A stretch of 64,000 nucleotides of DNA from a bacterium (GTDB taxonomy: Bacteria; Bacteroidota; Ignavibacteria; Palsa-1295). Each line of letters opens with the position of its first letter. Position 1 is the stretch's first letter. A model generated the notes under the pieces. The model made no database searches and had not been told where the DNA came from. It saw only the letters and a program-made list of their open reading frames with translations. The stretch covers positions 9,208-73,207 of the forward strand of contig JBAWZA010000013.1 in assembly GCA_037143335.1 (NCBI GenBank), read 5' to 3'. Made by a program: the position numbers and the translations under genes. This document shows positions 8,961 to 18,319 of the stretch, piece by piece.

Positions 8961-9653
8961 TTGCAAAAAAGAGACAACCCGATAGAATCCGAAACGGAAC
9001 ATGCAGTTAATTCTGCTGCCGAGTCGAAGATTATCGAGGCATTTATTGCCGGCGATATGCAGGCGTTTAAATATGTCTATAACCAGTATCGCCAGCGTAT
9101 TTTCTCCTACTGCCTCTATGTGACTGGCAACAAATCAAGTGCCGAGGACGCGTTCCAAGAAGTCTTTATTAGAGTTTTCGAGCGTCGGGAACAACTTCGA
9201 GAGACTTATGCCATAAAAAAATGGCTATTACTGGTGGCTCGAACTGTTTGTCTGAATATGATTCGAGAATCAAAGTACCTGCCTGATTTCATCTATGTAG
9301 ATGACAACTCGGTACGAGAAATTGACATAAGAATCGAAGGATTTGATTCTGAATTTTCCGAAGAAGTATTTCAGATTGCGTTTCGAAACATCGCACCAAT
9401 ATATCGGGAAGCGTTTATTCTCAAGGAAATCGAAGGATTCTCCTATGCAGAAATTGCTGAGATGACCGGTGCGTCAGAATCGAATGTAAAAGTGCGGGTG
9501 CTACGAGCAAAACGAATGCTTCGTAAAATGTTAGCTCCGCATTTTAGGCACAGAGAAAAAACGTCAGGTGCTTCGAACGATTCATCATTGATAGAATCAT
9601 ACCAAGATGAGGTCGAGGCAGAACAAGTGGAGAAAGTTGCAAATATCGTATGA
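8961..9653 (+). CDS. ECF-family RNA polymerase sigma factor
   Basis: Region 2 (FKYVYNQYRQRIFSYCLYVTGNKSSAEDAFQEVFIRVF) and region 4 HTH (YREAFILKEIEGFSYAEIAEMTGASESNVKVRVLRAKRML). The start codon is uncertain (TTG at 8961). Confidence 0.85.
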   Translation: MQKRDNPIESETEHAVNSAAESKIIEAFIAGDMQAFKYVYNQYRQRIFSYCLYVTGNKSSAEDAFQEVFIRVFERREQLRETYAIKKWLLLVARTVCLNMIRESKYLPDFIYVDDNSVREIDIRIEGFDSEFSEEVFQIAFRNIAPIYREAFILKEIEGFSYAEIAEMTGASESNVKVRVLRAKRMLRKMLAPHFRHREKTSGASNDSSLIESYQDEVEAEQVEKVANIV

Positions 9654-10939
9654 CTAGCGTAATAGAAGATAGAATAATCGAGTATTTCGAGGGATCGCTC
9701 AACGATGCTGATAGCGCCGAGCTATTGCACCGGGTAAGTGTGTCTCCGGAGATTCGCGACCTATTCCATCAACACGAAAAGCTCCGAGAGACTGCACATT
9801 CAGCGATGAATTCAGCAGTGATAAGTCCTTCGCTCGAAGCCTCCATATTTGCGAAGGTCGAAGCGATGGCAAGTGCAAAATCCCGCAAGAAAGCAGTGAT
9901 GGTTTTTTCGCGTCAGAGTGCAGTTGTTGCCGCGCTTGCGATAATGCTCATTTCAGGAAGCCTCGGCTATTTCGTACCGAAGTATATCTCTGACAACAAA
10001 CTTGCCCAAGTTGCAGCGTTGACACAACAATCGCCATCACAATTGTTGTCAACATTAGGTAAGCCAATCACGAATAATCTCACTTCCTTGATTCCTTCTA
10101 CGACTTCTACTTCAATCGAAAAGACGGGAAGTGCGGTCATCCATTCACGCAGAGCAACAAGTTCACAGAGCGACAATCAACTTTCGCAGGTTCACAATTT
10201 GTCATCAGCGTCCACTCAAGATGTGGCGGTGGGTAATAATCTGATGTCAAAAAATATAGCAGCCACCGAGGGTTCAACTACTGAGTTAATCTCATCGAAC
10301 CCAGCACTCATGCCGAAAACGAGTCAGGTGTCTGATCTTGGTGGCAATAGGAGAAGTCTTCAGGATTTGAGATACAGTGACGAGCAGACAGCATCAACAT
10401 TTGAGGTAGGCATCCAAACTTCAAGTGGTTTCACTTATCCGGCGAGTGCAACTACAATTTCGCCGTTCGCGGATCAACGACTTTCACTTGGGTATCATCT
10501 TACTGAAAATAATGTAGTCGGTCTGCGAGTAGGCTCGGGTTTATACCAGCAGTTATCTGAGATGAGTCCGACAAACGATGGTGGAGTTGTGTACATGTCG
10601 AGACACATCGAGACAAAACGTAATTTCAACGAAGAATTATTTTACACACATCTCTTTCCTATTTCATTGGGTGCGCCATTCTTGTTAGAGTTCACGGTTG
10701 ATGGCGGTATTATTCCGAATGGATATAACATCGGGCTTGAGTGCGGTGTACGAATTCCTATGAACGAACATTTTATGTTCGATGCTGCTTTTGCCTTGTC
10801 GAGGATACACACAAATTCGTTGAGTACGGAGCAAATTGTTTCTTCGACTCAGGTTACCAAGCCAGTGGTCTTTGAAAGTGTTGATATGCAGAATACGTTG
10901 AACGGCAGATTGCATTACGGTTTACTTTACAGATTCTAA
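9650..10939 (+). CDS. putative anti-sigma factor with one TM helix, an S/T-rich linker and a beta-rich C-terminal domain
   Basis: ATGA overlap with the sigma gene. It has a short cytoplasmic N-domain and a TM helix VVAALAIMLISGSLGYFV. The C-terminus ends ...HYGLLYRF. Confidence 0.55.
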   Translation: MTSVIEDRIIEYFEGSLNDADSAELLHRVSVSPEIRDLFHQHEKLRETAHSAMNSAVISPSLEASIFAKVEAMASAKSRKKAVMVFSRQSAVVAALAIMLISGSLGYFVPKYISDNKLAQVAALTQQSPSQLLSTLGKPITNNLTSLIPSTTSTSIEKTGSAVIHSRRATSSQSDNQLSQVHNLSSASTQDVAVGNNLMSKNIAATEGSTTELISSNPALMPKTSQVSDLGGNRRSLQDLRYSDEQTASTFEVGIQTSSGFTYPASATTISPFADQRLSLGYHLTENNVVGLRVGSGLYQQLSEMSPTNDGGVVYMSRHIETKRNFNEELFYTHLFPISLGAPFLLEFTVDGGIIPNGYNIGLECGVRIPMNEHFMFDAAFALSRIHTNSLSTEQIVSSTQVTKPVVFESVDMQNTLNGRLHYGLLYRF

Positions 10940-10953
10940 TCGAAGGAGAACCA

Positions 10954-11604
10954 ATGATGAAAACTTTTTTTCCCATTCTGTGTCTAACTGTTGCTTTCTT
11001 GAGTAATGGTTGCGGTGCTGTTACGGATCCGATTCCGAACTCGCCTGCTCCTGTTTGGAATGTGGAGCAGTATTATTTGCCTCTGAAAAATATCGGTGCA
11101 TCAATCACATATTGCCGCAAAACACAGACGACGATAGATACAATCAAGATGACGATGCAAGGCAACGATGACTCGGGGTTGATGCTCGGCAATCAATATT
11201 GCTATACGACCGATCTCTCAAAAACAAATAGCCGTCTCTTCGATTACTATTTTACGATGAATGATTCCGAAGCCTATACCCTCGGCAAACTCTCGTGTGG
11301 ACAGACAGATAAATATTGGTTGGATCTCAAAGCGCCCCTCACAGTAGGCCAGACCTGGAGCTTTAGCAACTCCAATGGTAGCTACTATGTAACTAATACC
11401 TACACTGCCAAGGTAACTCGTCGAGGAGTTACGATGAAAATGCCTGACGGGAAAGTTTATGATGACGTCGCGGAAATTATTTATGCCTCCAAATCAGGGG
11501 ATACCACCGTTAAATGGTTTGCAAAAGGAACAGGGCTAATTTACAGCACCTCGAAAAATCCTGATTCAGATTTCGGCAAAGAAATGCGGATTGTGAATCA
11601 GTAA
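10954..11604 (+). CDS. lipoprotein of unknown function
   Basis: Signal peptide plus lipobox MMKTFFPILCLTVAFLSNGC. It is co-directional with the sigma/anti-sigma pair. Confidence 0.6.
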   Translation: MMKTFFPILCLTVAFLSNGCGAVTDPIPNSPAPVWNVEQYYLPLKNIGASITYCRKTQTTIDTIKMTMQGNDDSGLMLGNQYCYTTDLSKTNSRLFDYYFTMNDSEAYTLGKLSCGQTDKYWLDLKAPLTVGQTWSFSNSNGSYYVTNTYTAKVTRRGVTMKMPDGKVYDDVAEIIYASKSGDTTVKWFAKGTGLIYSTSKNPDSDFGKEMRIVNQ

Positions 11605-11636
11605 ATATTTTCTTTCTTCAAATTGAGTCTTACGAA

Positions 11637-11665
11637 AAGAGTCCGCAATGGAGGACTCTTTTTTC
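11637..11665. terminator. bidirectional Rho-independent terminator between convergent genes
   Basis: An 8-bp stem aagagtcc / ggactctt with an 8-nt loop. It is followed by tttttt on the plus strand and preceded by an A-rich run that supplies the minus-strand tail. Confidence 0.7.
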
Positions 11666-11701
11666 GTATGTTAATAAAAGTTTTTTATTGTATGTAGCCC
11701 G

Positions 11702-13411
11702 TTATTCACCGAACCAGACTCGCTTCATTGGATTATTATCCTGTGCATCAACGGGGAAATCTCTGACCCACGGCTGAATCAAGTGGTAATCTTCGTCATA
11801 GTAGAGAATCACTTGCGGAGCGTCGTTGATCGCGATCTGGTCACAGGTCGCCCATAGTTGCATAGCCTTGGTTCTATCTATTTCTGCGATTGCCAAATCG
11901 TATGCCTTATCAAACTCCGGATTTTTGTATCGCGTTTGATTGATTGAGCTTGGTCCATTTGCAGGGATATTTTTTCCGTAAAGCAAATTCATGAAATTTT
12001 GTGGATCGGGATAATCAGCAACCCAGCCAAGTCTGAAGTACGGAGCTTTTCCTTCGTCAATCATCGGGGTGAGCTGTGCCCACTCTTTTATTTCGAGATG
12101 CACATCGAGTCCAAGATTGTCCTTTATCATCGCTTGCACTGCTTGGGCAACATCAAGATTTCTTCCGCCTCCTTTATTTGCATAGAGTGTCAAGTCGGGG
12201 ACTGTGCCCTTCAATTCTTTCTTTGCAATTTCAAATTCTGCTCTAGCGCTATCAGGATTGAAAATAAATCCTTTGATCTGCTCAAACGGATACCCTGGCA
12301 TTGATGGCGGGATGAGTCCGTGCTCACCTGGTTGTGCGGCTTGATTCTTCAGGATATATTTTACAATCTTTTTTCTATCAATTGCAAAGCTGATGGCTCT
12401 GCGAAGATGGACGTTTGATACACCTGTTGCGACAGTATTAAATCCATGAAATTGTGTGGCGATTGCAGCGATAACCCCGAGCTGATATTTTTTGTATTCA
12501 CCTTTGAGTTGTTTATTCTCATCAACGACATCAGGGAAAAATTCATTTGGTATGCGATACTTATGATCAAGATTACCAGCTTTAAATTCAAGCAACTCTG
12601 CCTTGTCATCTTGAATGAAATTAAATTTTACGGTATCGAGATACGGCAGTTGGTTTCCTGCATCATCTTTTCCCCAATAATGCTCATTCCGAATGAGGAG
12701 GCAATATCTGCCCTCTTTATATTCAACAAATCGAAATGGACCAGTGCCGACACCATGGTGGGTAAAATCCTTACCATATTTTTCCACAGCTTCATGCGGA
12801 TAAATAAACGCATTGCCGACCATACAATAATTGATGAATGGCGAGAACGGAGCCTTCAATGTTACAACGAACGTCGAATCATCAAACGCTTGCAATCCAG
12901 AAACTCCTTCAGCGAGTTTTGCTTTGCTATCGAAATACTCTTTTGCTCCCTTGATAGTTTGGAAGTAGGGAAGTGCTAATGTATTCGTTGAAGGATCACA
13001 TGCGCGTGACCAACAATAGACGACATCCTTCGCGGTAAATTTACGGCCTTTGGAATTAGGGAAGCAAGCATCATCTTGAAAATAAACATCGGTGCGTAGG
13101 TGAAAAGTATATGTCAAGCCATCAGGCGAAATATCTGGCAACGCCTTTGCAAGTGCTGGACGGAAATTTAGTTTAGAGTCAAACTCTAACAATCTGTCAT
13201 AGACATTCTCGCCAATGTGGCTACTTGTTTGGTCATTTATTTGGGGAGGATCAAGTGAGCGTAGATCGCCCGTTTCATTGAGTCGGATTGAACCACCATA
13301 TTTCTTGCCGCCTTTGGCTTCGCGGAGCGCATGGATAGACTGCGATTTTTTCCCGCATGCGCTAAATAGAAGCGCTAAGAAAAGCGCAGCGATCAGTAAA
13401 AGTTTTTTCAT
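11702..13411 (-). CDS. ABC transporter substrate-binding protein, family 5 (peptide/nickel, OppA/DppA-like) lipoprotein
   Basis: Lipobox LFSAC. Length and motifs are typical of SBP_bac_5. There are no adjacent permease or ATPase genes. Confidence 0.8.
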   Translation of the reverse strand: MKKLLLIAALFLALLFSACGKKSQSIHALREAKGGKKYGGSIRLNETGDLRSLDPPQINDQTSSHIGENVYDRLLEFDSKLNFRPALAKALPDISPDGLTYTFHLRTDVYFQDDACFPNSKGRKFTAKDVVYCWSRACDPSTNTLALPYFQTIKGAKEYFDSKAKLAEGVSGLQAFDDSTFVVTLKAPFSPFINYCMVGNAFIYPHEAVEKYGKDFTHHGVGTGPFRFVEYKEGRYCLLIRNEHYWGKDDAGNQLPYLDTVKFNFIQDDKAELLEFKAGNLDHKYRIPNEFFPDVVDENKQLKGEYKKYQLGVIAAIATQFHGFNTVATGVSNVHLRRAISFAIDRKKIVKYILKNQAAQPGEHGLIPPSMPGYPFEQIKGFIFNPDSARAEFEIAKKELKGTVPDLTLYANKGGGRNLDVAQAVQAMIKDNLGLDVHLEIKEWAQLTPMIDEGKAPYFRLGWVADYPDPQNFMNLLYGKNIPANGPSSINQTRYKNPEFDKAYDLAIAEIDRTKAMQLWATCDQIAINDAPQVILYYDEDYHLIQPWVRDFPVDAQDNNPMKRVWFGE

Positions 13412-13913
13412 AAGTTCGTAAATGATATAAAGTACATTGGAGATATGAAACGGATAGTTGACGAAATGTAATCCCGGAACTTCTTTTCATTTTCTCTGCT
13501 TAGCCCAACCGTGAACAGATCAAAAAATACATATTCAGCACAACAATCGCCGCTTGCACGTGCAGTGACGGTATTTCTTGTTGTCTGTGTAATTTGTTCA
13601 AAGCTCATCTCCAGTTTTCTTCATTCGCACCTGCCTAGGGATATTTCTCGCGCAGTTCTTAGCTCGGCTCACTGCATTGCCTGTGAGTTTGAAGCAACTC
13701 AAGCTACCGAACCTGAAGCAGCTTTCTTGCCATTGGCACACCTCGTCCAAATTGAGGTAGTTTCTGATTGCATTGTTGCAGAAGTGTCTCTCCCTCGCAT
13801 CCACTCGATCGAATATCGCGGTCCTCCTCCATCGCGATTCGTATAAACTAATTTTCCATCCGCATCTAGTCGGATTATTCTCACATTTTGTTGTACCATA
13901 AATTTTAGGAATC

Positions 13914-16277
13914 ATGTCCTATAAACTACTTTTTGTCACTATACTCAGTATTGTTGGGCACGTTAATTTGAATGCTCGTAGAGTGGTAGTCGGTAACGAA
14001 GCAAGCGTTTCGTATTCAGTTCTCGTCCTCGATAGCAATCAGAACAGCCCGCTACAACTAGCAAGGGTATCGCTCAGACGCGGGAAGAATTTAATCATAG
14101 GCAAAGTGACCGATCAAAGCGGTCGGGCGGTATTTACTGATGTCCAATCCGGTGGCTATACTCTCGTTGTTCGGCTTGTCGGCTATGATGATGTAACTGA
14201 TTCTGTGTATATTGACGCCCTTCATAACTCAATTACCATTTTGCTCAGCGAAGTGAAACATGAAGAGCTGACTGTTGGCGCCGATCTCGATGAGTTAAAA
14301 ATCACATCTGTAGATTTAAAAACGGGCAACCAAACATTTGAAGCCGAAGGATACCATGCTTCGCCCAATCAGAAAATGGTTACGCTGCTCCAGCAAAATG
14401 TCTTGGGTGCAGTGAAAGCTCCGACTGGTGAGGTACATATTCGCGGACAACATGCAGAGTACTCGTACTACGTTGATGGAATCCAAATTCCTCCTGGTGT
14501 TTTTGGTGGATTCAATGAAGTGGTTGACGATCAAGTAATTGTAAGTGCATCGTTTCTCACCGGAGGTTTGCCAGCCGAATACGGCGGGCAGTCAGCTGCC
14601 GCAGTAGTCTTGCAAAATAAAGTACCGACCGGACATCTCCATCTCAATTTTGAAACATACGCTGGAAGTTTTTTGGGACGAGATAATACTTCGCAAAATA
14701 ATTCACTTCTATCCGCGTCGCCTCTGAAGCCGATCAACATGAACGGCCAAGCGATTTCCATCAGCGACCACATTGCCAATTTCGGATTTTTCATCGCAGG
14801 TGACAGAGCAGAGACCGACCGAAGGATTGATCCGCCGCTTCCAATCATAGATCATAATCACGGATTCGATTATTTTGGTTTTGCAAAATTAGATTACCTG
14901 ATTGGTGAAAATGATTACATTACCTCGAACATTGATTGGAGTAAGACAATAACACAGATTCCATTTAATGCCCTCGTCGATGGAAATAGCGACGACAACC
15001 AACAATCCCATAACTCCTATCAAACGCTTTCATTCTTTCATACGATAAGTCGAGCAACAGATGCCGAAAGTGATTTATTCGTTGGAGCCTCACTCCGTGA
15101 AGGCTCGTTACTATTTTCACCAGGATCAGTTGATGTGCATAGCGTATATTTTCTTTCGGATTCAACGAAAGGATTTATCTTGAACGAAGATCGCAGTTAT
15201 ACAACAGCGGCGTTATATTCAAAACTGAATATCCGATTCTCTCATCAATTACTTTTTTGTTCTGGAATAAATATTTCCAACTCCACTGGCAATGGTCATT
15301 TCGTTGCAACCGATACGATGGGAAACATAGGACAAGATATTAAAACAAATTTCTCCGGTACCGACTTCGGAGCATTTGCCCAATGTGAGTATCATCCAGC
15401 AGAGTGGACGAAGTTCGATTTTGGATTTCGGTATGATCAACAGATCGCACCAAACAGGCCGATTGAGCGTGCAATTTCTCCAAGACTTCGTTGGAATATA
15501 TATTTCGATGAAGCGACAACCATGTATCTTTCGTATGGTAAATATTTCATCACACCGAACATCGAGGAAATTAGAAGTATCACTTCACTCGTTAGCAGCA
15601 ATACTATTCCAACAGTTGCTGAAAGAGATGGAGCGTTTGAAATAGGTTTTCTTCATTCGTTTGATTTTGGTCTTCGTGGGAAAGTTGATTTTTTCAAAAA
15701 AATCTCCCTACCAGGAGTTGACGACCAAACAATTGGAGCTACGTCAATTGAGACCGAGGTAAACATTGCTTCCGTAAAAACTACCGGAATCGAAGCAGGT
15801 TTATCGTACAGTTTGATTGGTGTTCCGATTAATGCTTATCTAAATACTTCGATTGTTCATGCTTACGGATCTGGTGCGATTACCGGGGGATTTTTGCCGA
15901 TCCAAAGTGCTGGCGACGTTACTGACTTAGATCATGACGAACGAATTTCTTTATCTTCCGCAATCAATTATATTCCGCAAGATTGGTTTTTCAACTTAAG
16001 TTTCTCGTATGGTTCGGGTCTAACGAATGGGAATAGTGATGTGAAATATGGATCGAGTCTTTTCGATCTCAATCAAGCCGCCCATACTACTCCTGCATGG
16101 ATTATTAATTTCTCAGCAGGTCATACCTTTACTTTATCTGGTGGAACAACAATCGCTCCATCATTTTACATCAATAATATTTTCAATCATAACCATCTGC
16201 TCAAAGGAGCATTCTTCAGCGGTGCATCTTGGGAAGAGCCGAGAAATATCGTATTTATGCTTACGGTGCACGTATAG
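13914..16277 (+). CDS. TonB-dependent receptor with N-terminal carboxypeptidase-regulatory-like domain
   Basis: Signal peptide, a CarboxypepD_reg-like segment (GKVTDQSGRAVFTDVQSGGYTLVVRLVGYDD), a plug region, and a long beta-barrel with alternating aromatic strands. Confidence 0.85.
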   Translation: MSYKLLFVTILSIVGHVNLNARRVVVGNEASVSYSVLVLDSNQNSPLQLARVSLRRGKNLIIGKVTDQSGRAVFTDVQSGGYTLVVRLVGYDDVTDSVYIDALHNSITILLSEVKHEELTVGADLDELKITSVDLKTGNQTFEAEGYHASPNQKMVTLLQQNVLGAVKAPTGEVHIRGQHAEYSYYVDGIQIPPGVFGGFNEVVDDQVIVSASFLTGGLPAEYGGQSAAAVVLQNKVPTGHLHLNFETYAGSFLGRDNTSQNNSLLSASPLKPINMNGQAISISDHIANFGFFIAGDRAETDRRIDPPLPIIDHNHGFDYFGFAKLDYLIGENDYITSNIDWSKTITQIPFNALVDGNSDDNQQSHNSYQTLSFFHTISRATDAESDLFVGASLREGSLLFSPGSVDVHSVYFLSDSTKGFILNEDRSYTTAALYSKLNIRFSHQLLFCSGINISNSTGNGHFVATDTMGNIGQDIKTNFSGTDFGAFAQCEYHPAEWTKFDFGFRYDQQIAPNRPIERAISPRLRWNIYFDEATTMYLSYGKYFITPNIEEIRSITSLVSSNTIPTVAERDGAFEIGFLHSFDFGLRGKVDFFKKISLPGVDDQTIGATSIETEVNIASVKTTGIEAGLSYSLIGVPINAYLNTSIVHAYGSGAITGGFLPIQSAGDVTDLDHDERISLSSAINYIPQDWFFNLSFSYGSGLTNGNSDVKYGSSLFDLNQAAHTTPAWIINFSAGHTFTLSGGTTIAPSFYINNIFNHNHLLKGAFFSGASWEEPRNIVFMLTVHV

Positions 16278-16291
16278 CGTAAATTTAGAAT

Positions 16292-17008
16292 CTACATCTC
16301 ATCAGCAACTAACTTCTTCTTGAGTTGAGAGATATGCCAGGTGATATTAATTTCTTTTGGGCATGCCTCGACGCAATTGAAGATTGTATGACATCTCCAA
16401 ATACCATCAGCAGAATCAACAGCTTCTAAATGCTCCGAAGCACCGTCATCACGGGTATCGAAAGCGAACCGGAAACTCTTAAGAATTGCAGCTGGTCCAA
16501 GATAATTTTCATTCGACCAAAGCGATGGACAACTTGTTGTGCAACAAGCGCACATGATGCACTTGGTTGACTCCATCAATAACTCGGCATCTTCATTGGA
16601 TTGATAGCGTTCCATTTCTGGAGGAGGAGTTTTTGCAATGAGGTATGGTTTGACTAATTCGTACTTCTTGAAAAAATCAGTCGTATCAATGACCAAATCT
16701 TTGATGATTGGAAGATAGGGAAGTGGCTCGATAGTGACTACTTTTCCGTCGCCGATACCTTTAATATCCTGTAGTAGCAACGAGCAGGCAAGGGTATTCT
16801 TCCCGTTAATCTTCATCCCATCCGAGCCACACATGCCATGAGCACATGACCTGCGAAAAGTGAGAGTGCCATCAAGCTTCCATTTTATGTCATGCAGTGC
16901 ATCGAGCACACGATATGTCCCCTCAAGATTATTAAGAGTAAAGTCCTGAAAATAGGGCTTAGAGTCCCGTTCTGGGTTGTATCGTTGAATGCGGAAAGTT
17001 ACTTTCAT
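16292..17008 (-). CDS. sdhB: succinate dehydrogenase/fumarate reductase iron-sulfur subunit
   Basis: Three cluster motifs are present: CAHGMCGSDGMKINGKNTLAC (2Fe-2S), CIMCACCTTSCP (4Fe-4S) and CHTIFNCVEACP (3Fe-4S). Confidence 0.9.
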   Translation of the reverse strand: MKVTFRIQRYNPERDSKPYFQDFTLNNLEGTYRVLDALHDIKWKLDGTLTFRRSCAHGMCGSDGMKINGKNTLACSLLLQDIKGIGDGKVVTIEPLPYLPIIKDLVIDTTDFFKKYELVKPYLIAKTPPPEMERYQSNEDAELLMESTKCIMCACCTTSCPSLWSNENYLGPAAILKSFRFAFDTRDDGASEHLEAVDSADGIWRCHTIFNCVEACPKEINITWHISQLKKKLVADEM

Positions 17009-17116
17009 TAAGTATTGAACAAAGTTGCTGTCACAAAAATACGAATTTTTCTGGTTTCAGAGTGGGATTCGAGAAATCGTTGTAGTTTTGTAGTGCTTTC
17101 ACATATCACTACTGCT

Positions 17117-18199
17117 ATGAAACTATTCGTTACTTTCTTACTCGTTCTGGTGCTTGCTAGTTCAGGCATTGCTCAGATTTCTTTTTCATCAGCTGATTTT
17201 CTTGCAGCATACGGTCAGGTTGGGGTCCCTTCGACTCAATTTACATCCACCGTCTTGACAGGTTTAGATGCTCTGATTGGAATTACCGGCGCAGGAGTCT
17301 CTTGGGACATCGGAAATCGAACATTTACCCAAGATGGGACACCAGCTTCAACCTCAACGCTTCTCACTTATCCAGGCGGAGCTGCATTGGCAAATGACCC
17401 AGATTTTACAGCTTCGACCCATGTTTTCAAGAGTGTTCCAAGTGACCCAACCCAACCGACAACCTACCTTTTCATTAAATTTACTGACGTTGGGTATTGG
17501 TGGCTTGGTACGAGCCAAGACAGTATGGGTACTAAATCAAAAGTGTTTGGATATGCCCCACCACAATACAAGGCGAAATTTCCATTAACATATCAGACTT
17601 CTTGGCAAAGTTCATCTACTGTCCACAGTGATCTTTTCCCGGCAGGATCGACTTATACAGTCGCAATTGATGCCATTGTAGATGGTTACGGTACTCTGCT
17701 TACCCCAACCTCCACGCATCTTAAGAACGGGACCCCAGTACCGACTGCAACCAGTGATGCAATCCGAGTAAAAACGAAAAATACTTCAACCATCTCTTTT
17801 GTCATTGGCCCTATTAACTACTCCTCAACAACAGTAAACTATTCCTTTGAATACTTTACGAAGTCGGGGCATAGCGCAACAATTAGTGCTGATACCAATG
17901 TAAAGGCTACAGGCATAACTTATTCGACTCAGGGTGGATCTGCTGTTGATCAGTACCTTTCACCTGAAAATCTACTGAATCTTTATCTTTCGTCGAATCC
18001 TGCCTCGAATATCGAAACCAAGCTTTCTTTCAACATGAAAAAAGCTGGCAATGCACAGGTTGACATCATGGATGCTCTTGGTCACAACGTTCAGGTTCTT
18101 CATAAGGGTAATGCTGAAGTAGGACAAAACATCATACCAATAGACCCAACAAAGTTATCGTGTGGAACATATTTCATCCGAGTTGCCATTGATGGATAA
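17117..18199 (+). CDS. secreted protein with a T9SS C-terminal sorting domain, apparently truncated by an in-frame TAA
   Basis: An internal ATG at 17117 gives the signal peptide MKLFVTFLLVLVLASSGIAQ. The C-terminus is CTD-like (NAQVDIMDALGHNVQVLHKG...CGTYFIRVAIDG). After the TAA the frame reads SATRKLIITK*. Confidence 0.7.
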   Translation: MKLFVTFLLVLVLASSGIAQISFSSADFLAAYGQVGVPSTQFTSTVLTGLDALIGITGAGVSWDIGNRTFTQDGTPASTSTLLTYPGGAALANDPDFTASTHVFKSVPSDPTQPTTYLFIKFTDVGYWWLGTSQDSMGTKSKVFGYAPPQYKAKFPLTYQTSWQSSSTVHSDLFPAGSTYTVAIDAIVDGYGTLLTPTSTHLKNGTPVPTATSDAIRVKTKNTSTISFVIGPINYSSTTVNYSFEYFTKSGHSATISADTNVKATGITYSTQGGSAVDQYLSPENLLNLYLSSNPASNIETKLSFNMKKAGNAQVDIMDALGHNVQVLHKGNAEVGQNIIPIDPTKLSCGTYFIRVAIDG

Positions 18200-18252
18200 T
18201 CCGCTACGAGAAAGTTAATCATTACCAAATAACTTGCTGAAGCTCGGCTAGT

Positions 18253-18280
18253 AAGGACGGCACTGCCGTCCTTTTTTTTA
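18253..18280 (+). terminator. Rho-independent terminator
   Basis: An 8-bp stem aggacggc / gccgtcct with a 3-nt loop, followed by an 8-nt T run. Confidence 0.8.
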
Positions 18281-18319
18281 CGATAAAATTTGGGATCAGG
18301 ATGATATACTTCTATCTAG

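Noticed and set aside
13555-13564. A perfect 10-bp palindrome tgcacgtgca in the divergent promoter region.
   Set aside because: Roughly 64000/4^5, or about 60, perfect 10-bp palindromes are expected by chance in this window. There is no second copy or known operator consensus.
13511-13846. A 111-aa plus-strand ORF (GTG start) with one hydrophobic segment upstream of the TonB-dependent receptor. It was a possible small regulator or anti-sigma.
   Set aside because: It has no recognisable motifs, overlaps equally long ORFs on the opposite strand, and has an odd composition. The support for a gene is not sufficient.
13412-13913. The ~500-nt ORF-poor leader upstream of the TonB-dependent receptor. 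I looked for a cobalamin or TPP riboswitch.
   Set aside because: I could not find the B12 box, the GCCACTG core in the correct order, or the TPP CTGAGA / ACCTGATCTGGATAATGCCAGCG-like elements on either strand. Only partial look-alikes (gctcactg, acctgcc) occur, and in the wrong order. An Infernal scan would be decisive.
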